Origin: Albugo candida
Taxonomy: Eukaryota
Assembly: GCA_040437565.1 (NCBI GenBank)
Contig: JBDOQK010000011.1
Span: forward strand, 248,001-312,000
DNA length: 64,000 bases
Reading direction: 5' to 3'
Position 1 is the first letter of the stretch. Each line of letters opens with the position of its first letter. A program made the translations under genes and the position numbers. This document shows, one piece after another, positions 11,368 through 21,885 of this stretch. The notes under the pieces are model-generated. The model was not told where the DNA came from. It ran no database searches and saw only the letters and a list, made by a program, of their open reading frames with translations.

Positions 11368-11659
11368 TTTTTTGCATTCTATTTTTGTCGCTGTGGTTTG
11401 GATTCCATGAAAAAAATTAAGTGACACTTTATCTCAGGTTCAAGTAACTCAAAATCATCTAATTATTTTGTCCAATCTCATGACTTTACCCATCCAGCTG
11501 TACAAAGGGACCGTCTGACGTGCTTCGATATCAAAAATGGCGAGGTAAAAGCGAATTCAGTCTTAAAGCGACTTAATGCTAGGAATTATTCCTGTATCCC
11601 ATATCAGTTCAAACAAATCTTTCATGCATTTTGCGAATCAATTGAAGCTGAAGATATCT

Positions 11660-12180
11660 TTTACTTTGCGAGCTAAACCTCAACAAGCTCACTATTATAC
11701 TTCCCGAGCTTCGCTTTGTTAAGCCCTCAGCCTTTCTGACGCAAGTATACCTCGGCCTCAATTAGTACTCTCTAATTCGATCGGTAAATACTGCTCGCAT
11801 CGAGTGCTCTACGTTCTGGCTTCTTCGTCACCTTACATTACCTTCCGCACTCTAGTTCTTTGTGACTCGGTAAGTGCGTGAATTTGAAGCGAATTCTGAT
11901 TATCAGTTAGGTTCGCCTCATCGCTAGCAGTCGTTTGGAATATGGTCTCCTGATGACTTGCTCATGAAAGCCCATTCTCTAAGAAAGTACAGATCTTTCG
12001 AAACTGTATCGGAATCGTGTTCCGTCGGCTGGTAGTCTAATCACATGAACACGACCGGGAGTATAATAGCCAAGAAAGGGATATACTCCCTACTTCGTCA
12101 CACCATTTTCCGCTAAATCGGCAATGATGCCGGCGCTTGACGCCGTGTTCAAATTTTGATCCAGCAGTAGGAGCAACCAC
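11660..12180 (-). pseudogene. Deleted and decayed remnant of the myosin I gene
   Basis: Collinear patches match the myosin at ~3860, ~4200 (AATTTGAAGCGARTTCTGAT), ~4345, ~4480, ~4560 (AATCGGCAATGATGCCGGCG) and ~5640 (GATCCAGCRGTAGGAGCA), with large deletions between them. Confidence 0.85.
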
Positions 12181-12942
12181 CAACTATTCAATGACTTCTC
12201 TCGTTCCCCTTTTGTGGCGGAATTCATGTGAAACAGAGGTTGACTTTCTATCGATCAATATTGCAATATCGACGCGTGACGATAAAGGGACCGAATTGTA
12301 ACGATCACCGCTGACAATCAATTGATCTAATCGCATATCAATCCGAAGTACTTTTCGATTCAATTCTATATCAAACAAAAGGGGTCAGGTAGACTTGGTT
12401 TACAGAGTGAGACATACGCACATGCTCAACTCGTGATATCACCACACACTTTGCCGGGAACGACGGTTGCACAATACTGACGACAGTACCATCTTAGTGG
12501 GAATGGGTACAGCCATCGGACTTTGTTGATTCGTATGAAAATTGCACGATCGCTATGCTTCAGTGACATCGTGTGTGGCCTTACTAAACACTAATCTTGT
12601 GCGAAGCCAGCTTTTAATAGCACAGATACGCAATCACGGAATGTGATCAATCACATAGCTGAGGTCTGATTTGTAAGAATATTATGTATATTTAACCCAT
12701 CAGAGGCGTCAGTGATGACGAGAATTATANNNNNNNNNNNNNNNNNNNNNNNNNNNNNNNNNNNNNNNNNNNNNNNNNNNNNNNNNNNNNNNNNNNNNNN
12801 NNNNNNNNNNNNNNNNNNNNNNNNNNNNNCTGATTTGTAAGAATATTATGTATATTTAACCCATCAGAGGCGTCAGTGATGACGAGAATTATACTTCCTT
12901 AATAGCTCCCAACCATCAAATAAGACGACTGTTTCAACGCTG

Positions 12943-14337
12943 ATGCGATGCTATTATGACGTGCTCTCCATTGATAGCCACGCAATGGCACATGAGATCA
13001 AAAAAGCTTATCACGCTCAGGCTCTCAAATGGCACCCCGACAAACATCAACAAAGTGCGATGAGTATTGAGGAAGCTACTAAGATTTTTCAGGAACTCCA
13101 GCATGCATATCGTGTTTTGATAAATCCCCATGAGCGGAAATGGTACGATAATCATCGAGATCAACTTCTTCAGTATGACAGAGATGCATCTGCCGAAGAT
13201 GGGAGCATCATGTTCGATCATTATACTAGGTACATTGTGTTTTGTCTTTCCAGATTCCACCTCTCATTTGATTGTAGAGATTCTGCTTTCAAAGGGTACA
13301 ATGATCATCAAAAAGGATTTTTCGCGGTCTACTCTGCCGCTTTTCAGCACGTGAGACCACCAAATGATGTATAATTTCCAACAATTCAGTGCTCACGGTT
13401 TCTGTAGATTGTAGATTTGGAGGAAATCGAGGAAGGTTTGCCCAAATTTGGTAACGTCACCGATGAGCTCGGTAGTGTACAAGACTTTTACGTGAAGTGG
13501 ATGAGCTTTTCAACAAAACGTTCATTTTCTTGGATGAACATCTACAGCACGACGGAAGTTACTAGTCGGATTTTTCGGCGCGCAGCAGAAAAGGAAAATA
13601 AGCGAAGGAGGGAGAGAGCAAAAAAGGACTATAACCAGAAGGTCCGTGAGCTCGTGAAGTTTGTCCGGAAAAGAGATAGCCGCATTCTTGAGTTTGAGCA
13701 AGAAAAAGCCTCGCAACGAGAAAGTCAACGTACATTCAAAGCACAAAGAAACTTGGAGAAGAAGGCAGCATATGAGCAGGCAAAGATATCTTTTCAACGA
13801 CAGCAATTGGAGGCATGGGAAAGGAACCACGTAGATTCTAGTGCTGGTGAGCCGGAGAAGACTGGCTCAGAGCAGTATCTTAATGGAGCGCTACCTGATT
13901 GGGTTCAGTATCCAGACGACGCGCAATTATCCTGTGTAGTTTGTGATAAAACGTTCAACACCGATAAGCAGCTTCGAAACCACTTGTATAGCAAGAAACA
14001 TGGCGAAATTTTTGCTATGATGAAACTTGATGGACATTTAGACAACTTAGTGTCTACTAAAATTGGAATTGATGACCTGCAAACTAGATTCAGTCCGTTG
14101 AATGTCATTGATGAAACAAAAATGCCAGATCAGGTTGGCGAACAAGACAATTTTCTCGAAAAGACAATGTCTCCGGTATCCAGTGATGAGAAAATGGTGG
14201 ATACGAAGGAAAAAAGACTTGCGAGAGAACTCCGAGCTGCTGAGAAGCGTCGAGAACGGAAAGAACAGAGAAAACTCGAAAAGCGGCAAGAACGGAATGT
14301 GCTCACACATTTGAAGCGCCCTCAATCGACAAAATAG
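12943..14337 (+). CDS. DNAJC21: DnaJ co-chaperone, Jjj1/DNAJC21 type (J domain, zuotin-homology region, C2H2 finger); 2 introns
   Basis: J domain with WHPDK, ERKWYDNHR, FSTKRSFSW, AEKENKRRR, CVVCDKTF...H..SKKH; introns 13230-13277 and 13351-13407. Confidence 0.9.
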
Positions 14338-14469
14338 TAAGCAAGTGGCCCACAAACAGCTTCCGAGTCATTTTGGTCCCTTGATAAAAAAGAACACAAT
14401 CAGAATCATTCGGCATCAATCTCGGATAGAATCTGGCGAGCAATTTCGATCATTTTTCATATATTTCGC

Positions 14470-17205
14470 CTTTCTTCGCCAAACGTTCCTCGTTTTTATT
14501 TTATTTTATCTCTTCCTCAGCCTACCATGATTACTCGGAGGATCAAAATGGCAACCTCCTATACATAACTCTCGGATCCAGGCTCAAAATACACGCAATC
14601 TCGTATCCGTACAAGTTAAATTTCGATCATCCTCCAAAGAAGCTTGAGTTGTCGATTGTGCATAGCAAAAATTGCGTCGTCGTCAGTAAATATTCAACTA
14701 TCACGGACGTCTGATTCGACACTGTGCCATTCGAGCATCTGAACGCTCCACTCATGGTGACCGCTACCAAAACCACTCACCCTGGATAAATTCACGGCTC
14801 TGTTCCTCATAATTTCGGAATGAGTGTGTAGCCTCCATATCAAGACACAGACTTTAAATCTTCAAGCAGAAATGAGCGGATAAGTGCCGCTAAAATGCTG
14901 TAGCCAATAAAGATGTCTCAATGAATACATGATTGTTTATCAAAATCCACAGAAAAGTGCAATATGTTCGGCGACCATGCCGATTAAGACGCTTGCATCA
15001 AGCACCATTGACCCACATTAGACGTCAAGCAGACATCATTCGATGAAGATTTGACGAACCACTTACAAAGTGATATCATCTGCTTTCTAACTCTCTTCAA
15101 TCCTTTAAGTTGAGCTTCACTCATTGCGGTGGAAAACGAAAGACGATAAGAAGATGGATTCACGAAAAGATTTGATGGTGACTTGATGCAGCCATGCATA
15201 CCAAAAGACTTGTTTATAAGCTACGCCTATATATGTACAAAATACACCATGTCATATTCGGTCAATGATAGCAAACAATACTATGCTGCATAGCTGAATG
15301 GAGATGGATATCAGAAAGGCAAGAGACAATTGAGGTGAGAACGTTGCCTTTCGAATCAGTCATTATAGGCTCCCTCACGTGCGATGACCAGAGCTCGTAA
15401 TGCTTGCTTATTGTCTCTCATCTTATAAGGCTTGCAATCGAGAACCTTCATTTTCTCGCAGTCACCGCGAAAGACTCACGTTTTTGATTCTGATAGTAGA
15501 CTTATAGACCAAGTTGACTATGCCCTTGTTCATACAGGCAATGGGTAACTTGATAGCATCTAACTCCGAAGCAAGGGGACAGAAAAAGGCATTTCGGAAG
15601 TTGGATCCATGTGGACCCTGCTGCTCATATCACATGCCAATAGCAGACCAAGTATAGAAGGTGGTCATGTGGCTCAACAGTAGCGTTGCAGCGAATAGCT
15701 TTATCAAAATTAATCAAATCCGTAGGGGAGGAGGTCAGAAGCGTTCGACTGTCTCCATGTCATGTGCGTAGTTGCAATGATGCGGCGCTTAACAAAAATT
15801 GCCAGCACGTTGACTATGGTGCTCCAGTTGGAAAATAGCACACGTGGTGCAGGTGAGTCACATGTTCCAAGTTTCCGACCCCTTGGAGTTCGCACGGCGC
15901 ACAAATGTGGTGTCTGTACTTCTCTACTTCTGTTTTGCGACCCTGCGCGTACATTTCCAGACTTTTAGGGCCTGAAGGCTCTACAAAAGGTGGAAGACGA
16001 CGAGATCACTTTCATGCATGCTGATGCATTTGGCTCTGTATTCTAAACNNNNNNNNNNNNNNNNNNNNNNNNNNNNNNNNNNNNNNNNNNNNNNNNNNNN
16101 NNNNNNNNNNNNNNNNNNNNNNNNNNNNNNNNNNNNNNNNNNNNNNNNCTCATTGCGGTGGAAAACGAAAGACGATAAGAAGATGGATTCACGAAAAGAT
16201 TTGATGGTGACTTGATGCAGCCATGCATACCAAAAGACTTGTTTATAAGCTACGCCTATATATGTACAAAATACACCATGTCATATTCGGTCAATGATAG
16301 CAAACAATACTATGCTGCATAGCTGAATGGAGATGGATATCAGAAAGGCAAGAGACAATTGAGGTGAGAACGTTGCCTTTCGAATCAGTCATTATAGGCT
16401 CCCTCACGTGCGATGACCAGAGCTCGTAATGCTTGCTTATTGTCTCTCATCTTATAAGGCTTGCAATCGAGAACCTTCATTTTCTCGCAGTCACCGCGAA
16501 AGACTCACGTTTTTGATTCTGATAGTAGACTTATAGACCAAGTTGACTATGCCCTTGTTCATACAGGCAATGGGTAACTTGATAGCATCTAACTCCGAAG
16601 CAAGGGGACAGAAAAAGGCATTTCGGAAGTTGGATCCATGTGGACCCTGCTGCTCATATCACATGCCAATAGCAGACCAAGTATAGAAGGTGGTCATGTG
16701 GCTCAACAGTAGCGTTGCAGCGAATAGCTTTATCAAAATTAATCAAATCCGTAGGGGAGGAGGTCAGAAGCGTTCGACTGTCTCCATGTCATGTGCGTAG
16801 TTGCAATGATGCGGCGCTTAACAAAAATTGCCAGCACGTTGACTATGGTGCTCCAGTTGGAAAATAGCACACGTGGTGCAGGTGAGTCACATGTTCCAAG
16901 TTTCCGACCCCTTGGAGTTCGCACGGCGCACAAATGTGGTGTCTGTACTTCTCTACTTCTGTTTTGCGACCCTGCGCGTACATTTCCAGACTTTTAGGGC
17001 CTGAAGGCTCTACAAAAGGTGGAAGACGACGAGATCACTTTCATGCATGCTGATGCATTTGGCTCTGTATTCTAAACCGCTCACCCCCTCTACGTCTGGA
17101 GACAGTGTGCACGTCAAAAAAGCGGTTCTTGATCTTCTTTTAGCTTTCCATGACATTCAACCAGGTGCCGAAAAGCCAATATATGCTATCCAGATCAAAG
17201 AATAG
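14470..17205 (+). pseudogene. Possible decayed gene or relic of unknown type (partly duplicated across a gap)
   Basis: Hydrophobic leader-like stretch at ~14480-14525 followed by protein-like frames broken by stops; no recognisable domain. Confidence 0.25.
15120..17077. repeat. Direct duplication across a 100-N gap (15120-16048 = 16149-17077), probable assembly overlap
   Basis: Apparently identical sequence on both sides of the gap. Confidence 0.85.
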
Positions 17206-18988
17206 TGTGTGGGGTCATGACTCATATTCATTATCGCCTATGCAATAATTTGATGAAAAAACGGGTAGTGCATTAAATTACTCGCAAGACAGTGCTTTGT
17301 GTCAACGTAGGCTTGTGTATTCGGGATTAAGATACATCATTGTCTAATTCCTTGCTGCACGACTGTCATCTCATTTCAGACGAATAACATTTGCGAAGGA
17401 GCAACAGATTGCGGTGATAATTTTGGCATTTTGCTTGTGATGCTCTGGACGCAACCAGCTCAAGTAGCACGCGTTTTGCTTCTACGGATTTTATAAACTG
17501 ATTCCAAGATGTACATTCAAGAAGGCATTTCGTCATCGAATGTTCTTAGCACACCATATGCTACACTTGAAAGCGATGTATAGTTTCACTGATATATAGG
17601 GAACAGTACGAGCGAAATCCTTGAATAGAAGCCTGCTTTGCCTTTCTGTAGCTGCAAAGAAGAGTGCGATGGATCGCATACAAAAAGGCGATCGATAACG
17701 GAATAAGCAGGCTTTCCCGTTGATTCTTTCAATTATGTGCAACTCTAGGCCACTTCACAAGCTTTCCTTCCCATAACTGAATAGGAAAGATCACGAACTC
17801 AACAATTGGTCTCATGAGCATCAAGATATTGTCTTTCGTCTTTCTTCCACTTCTTTCGAGCGGCCACGAAATTCAAGCTTTCATGCAGATGATTAAGAAC
17901 ACTGGGTCAAGCACGTTTTTTTCCAAGTTCTTCGAAGAAGCTGATAAAGTAGAAACCGGCAAGTGCGCATTTGTCGATATGGANNNNNNNNNNNNNNNNN
18001 NNNNNNNNNNNNNNNNNNNNNNNNNNNNNNNNNNNNNNNNNNNNNNNNNNNNNNNNNNNNNNNNNNNNNNNNNNNNNNNNNNNGCTCACCCCCTCTACGT
18101 CTGGAGACAGTGTGCACGTCAAAAAAGCGGTTCTTGATCTTCTTTTAGCTTTCCATGACATTCAACCAGGTGCCGAAAAGCCAATATATGCTATCCAGAT
18201 CAAAGAATAGTGTGTGGGGTCATGACTCATATTCATTATCGCCTATGCAATAATTTGATGAAAAAACGGGTAGTGCATTAAATTACTCGCAAGACAGTGC
18301 TTTGTGTCAACGTAGGCTTGTGTATTCGGGATTAAGATACATCATTGTCTAATTCCTTGCTGCACGACTGTCATCTCATTTCAGACGAATAACATTTGCG
18401 AAGGAGCAACAGATTGCGGTGATAATTTTGGCATTTTGCTTGTGATGCTCTGGACGCAACCAGCTCAAGTAGCACGCGTTTTGCTTCTACGGATTTTATA
18501 AACTGATTCCAAGATGTACATTCAAGAAGGCATTTCGTCATCGAATGTTCTTAGCACACCATATGCTACACTTGAAAGCGATGTATAGTTTCACTGATAT
18601 ATAGGGAACAGTACGAGCGAAATCCTTGAATAGAAGCCTGCTTTGCCTTTCTGTAGCTGCAAAGAAGAGTGCGATGGATCGCATACAAAAAGGCGATCGA
18701 TAACGGAATAAGCAGGCTTTCCCGTTGATTCTTTCAATTATGTGCAACTCTAGGCCACTTCACAAGCTTTCCTTCCCATAACTGAATAGGAAAGATCACG
18801 AACTCAACAATTGGTCTCATGAGCATCAAGATATTGTCTTTCGTCTTTCTTCCACTTCTTTCGAGCGGCCACGAAATTCAAGCTTTCATGCAGATGATTA
18901 AGAACACTGGGTCAAGCACGTTTTTTTCCAAGTTCTTCGAAGAAGCTGATAAAGTAGAAACCGGCAAGTGCGCATTTGTCGATATGGA
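17079..18988. repeat. Direct duplication across a 100-N gap (17079-17983 = 18084-18988), including the 5' end of HAD paralogue 3; probable assembly overlap
   Basis: Apparently identical sequence flanking the gap. Confidence 0.85.
18666..18692 (+). promoter_or_regulatory. Conserved 27-bp upstream element of HAD paralogue 3
   Basis: AGAGTGCGATGGATCGCATACAAAAAG, 22/27 identical to the paralogue 1 copy, about 126 nt upstream of ATG 18819. Confidence 0.55.
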
Positions 18989-20027
18989 TTTTACTTTCAT
19001 AAGTGCCTGCTTTGAAGTCGCCGTTTTGTCAGCGCAAATAGAGATGGGGAAATATAGCTTCACAAATGACGATATTCCGGTGGTTCTCGGACTTGAAAAA
19101 GCCGACCAAGACTGTCAAAATGTGGTGTATAAGGATTCAGGTGAACGGCAGCAAGAAATCGTGGGAAAGGATAATTTAGATGCTTCAATTGCAGAAGTCG
19201 AGGGAAAGAATAAGTTAGGCGTGTCACTGCAAGAAGTCGTGGCAAACATTACAGCTGTATTTGACGACAAGTTGGAGATACAGAAAGATGCTCTTAAACC
19301 GCTTATTGCCATGTGGAATTATGTGGTTTACCAAGGTACGCGGGGAAAGCCTAATTGTAACTACTTGCGCACAACTGTGTCACGCAGGCTGCTATATAAA
19401 ATGGACGAGAAAACTAGGTCGGAAATCATCAACAAAGCTTTCAAACTCCATCCAACACGTCGCGAAGATAGGTACTACTACAAAGCCGGGAATGGTAAAA
19501 TCTATCCAGTTGTTATCGAAAACCAAGCTCCTGTGTATCCGGAGATGCTCGAACTTTTCAAAGCTTTAAAAAAGTCGACGTTTAGTTTGCACTTGATCAG
19601 CGCTTCAGACATTACTTTTGTAAAGGCTATGACCATGTCCAAAGATCTCGAAAGCATGGAAATCGAAGCGCATGGCTCTGAACCCAACGATGATTCGGAC
19701 AATGAAATGCTTGTCGGAAATGGCTTTACCAATGACTACGATAACAAAGTAAATACAATGGATATGATTATAACGAAGAAAAAATGTAAATTTCTCTTCG
19801 CTGCGGGGGATTCGATGGGTGATCATCGCATGCTGGAAAAAGTTCTGAGTGAAGAGCCCAAAGGTTATGCATTATTGATCAACGGCCCCACAACTAAACT
19901 CGGAACTGAAGAGAATTTGACGAAGTTGGCGGAGCGCTTCGACCTCAGAGCTCACATTCAAGACGTTGATGAAAAAAATACGGAGTGGAAGAAAATTATG
20001 CCGATCAAGAAGGCGACATCGATTTGA
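18819..20027 (+). CDS. Secreted HAD-superfamily phosphatase, paralogue 3 (intact motifs)
   Basis: Signal-peptide-like MSIKILSFVFLPLLSSG; motif I FVDMDFT, motif II LISAS, motif III Lys (DNK), motif IV AAGDSMGD; intronless, 402 aa. Confidence 0.9.
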   Translation: MSIKILSFVFLPLLSSGHEIQAFMQMIKNTGSSTFFSKFFEEADKVETGKCAFVDMDFTFISACFEVAVLSAQIEMGKYSFTNDDIPVVLGLEKADQDCQNVVYKDSGERQQEIVGKDNLDASIAEVEGKNKLGVSLQEVVANITAVFDDKLEIQKDALKPLIAMWNYVVYQGTRGKPNCNYLRTTVSRRLLYKMDEKTRSEIINKAFKLHPTRREDRYYYKAGNGKIYPVVIENQAPVYPEMLELFKALKKSTFSLHLISASDITFVKAMTMSKDLESMEIEAHGSEPNDDSDNEMLVGNGFTNDYDNKVNTMDMIITKKKCKFLFAAGDSMGDHRMLEKVLSEEPKGYALLINGPTTKLGTEENLTKLAERFDLRAHIQDVDEKNTEWKKIMPIKKATSI

Positions 20028-20569
20028 TTTTTCGCTTCCAGCGACGCATTTGTACCGTACTAATTGTACTGAATGCTTTTTACCGTGTGCAAGACAATTA
20101 AAAATGCATTTTTATGAATAGAAATCTGGCATGGAATTCTATTTCGTGATCATCAGAGCAGAGCGTGCCTTTCGGTGCGGATAACTTCGATGAGACGTGA
20201 GCTTTTAACAGCTTTCGTGCCGCCATTTATAACATATAATTGTTGCCTTTACAGTGTTTGCATCCACTCGGATACAGGTCGATGTTTGAAGCCACGTGGA
20301 AGTTGCTCATAACCTCAATTGTGTGTGGAATGCATTGTTAGGATCACAAGCATCATATATCCGTATACTGCGGTAGAAGTTGCAATGAGCCCACAGAAGC
20401 GGCCAAATCTGAGCAGGGAGTGATCTGCAACTGTTCCAATGACTCGACGTACTCAGTACAGCATAGTCAGACCAAATACGTTGCTTCAATGATGCGGATC
20501 TCGGGGATGGAAATAAGCCTTGGCAGTCTGACGTTTCACTTAAACTATATTTTGTTACGCTTGACGTTT

Positions 20570-21805
20570 TTACGCCACTCTCTTCGGGCTTATCAAGATC
20601 TGATCCGTAACAGGTTTGTGGCCAGATATTGTACGCTTCAGGAAGTCCTTTAGCGGTAAAAGTTTCGGGCCCGAGAAGTAAGATGTTAGAGTATCGTTCG
20701 GCACTACGCTTTGATCACAAAATATGCGTGTTAAGAAATCATTCATCGCGGGTTTGAAAAGAAACAATGATGACAGACGTCTCACATTGAATTCTTCATC
20801 TCCTGTGGATTAAGTCGAGGGTGAATCAAAATATCTCGCTGCATGGAATGGCTCAAATATCACGTCATCCAACGCTTACCCTTTACATGCGGAGTAAGAA
20901 GCAAAATTTGCTGGCATGCGCAATGTACATTCACTTCTAGTGAGCAGTAGAGAAAACTAACTTTAGCTACAATGACCATAGATTTTCTAATCGACTTTGG
21001 AAAAGCCACTAGCGATTAGGATGAGAAACACATCTTGTAGTATGTTCGGAGTGTCAGTTATTACAGACGTATCGTGAGCTGATTTCCTACAGTGTAATGC
21101 CTTTTATTGTGAAGCAATTCCGCAAGTTCCATGATCAGGAGATTTGCCGTTGCGATCCGAAAACGCATAGCATCTTTTCGTTTTGCGACATCAGATGTAT
21201 TGCATTCATTAACGTACTTATGTCTAAATCCGTGCTCCATATCGTTTTGAAAGATACTGTATTTATCAAGTCTTTCCGAGTCACTAGTCGACCGAGTCAA
21301 ACAATAGTTTCCAATCACTTTTGGTCTCAAACTTTTCGCTCTATCCCTCAGCTGCTCGCATACCTGTGCTCATNNNNNNNNNNNNNNNNNNNNNNNNNNN
21401 NNNNNNNNNNNNNNNNNNNNNNNNNNNNNNNNNNNNNNNNNNNNNNNNNNNNNNNNNNNNNNNNNNNNNNNNNATGTTCGGAGTGTCAGTTATTACAGAC
21501 GTATCGTGAGCTGATTTCCTACAGTGTAATGCCTTTTATTGTGAAGCAATTCCGCAAGTTCCATGATCAGGAGATTTGCCGTTGCGATCCGAAAACGCAT
21601 AGCATCTTTTCGTTTTGCGACATCAGATGTATTGCATTCATTAACGTACTTATGTCTAAATCCGTGCTCCATATCGTTTTGAAAGATACTGTATTTATCA
21701 AGTCTTTCCGAGTCACTAGTCGACCGAGTCAAACAATAGTTTCCAATCACTTTTGGTCTCAAACTTTTCGCTCTATCCCTCAGCTGCTCGCATACCTGTG
21801 CTCAT
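20570..21805 (-). CDS. Multi-exon hypothetical protein (3' end uncertain)
   Basis: ATG 21805; phase-compatible GT-AG introns 21716-21795, 21606-21649, about 20993-21070 region, 20911-20961 and 20803-20879 join into one frame once the gap duplication is collapsed. Confidence 0.5.
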
Positions 21806-21885
21806 TTTGTACACGATAATTCTTTCTGAGCATAGAATTTCTAGCTAATAACGTACTTGTTCAAGTCTGATCAGTGCATAATAAA

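Noticed and set aside
17814-17983. A fourth HAD paralogue
   Set aside because: Identical to the 5' end of 18819 and inside a gap overlap.
20745-20979. CHHC (CHxC effector motif) on the minus strand
   Set aside because: It is flanked by in-frame stops and lies in an alternative frame of the spliced hypothetical gene.
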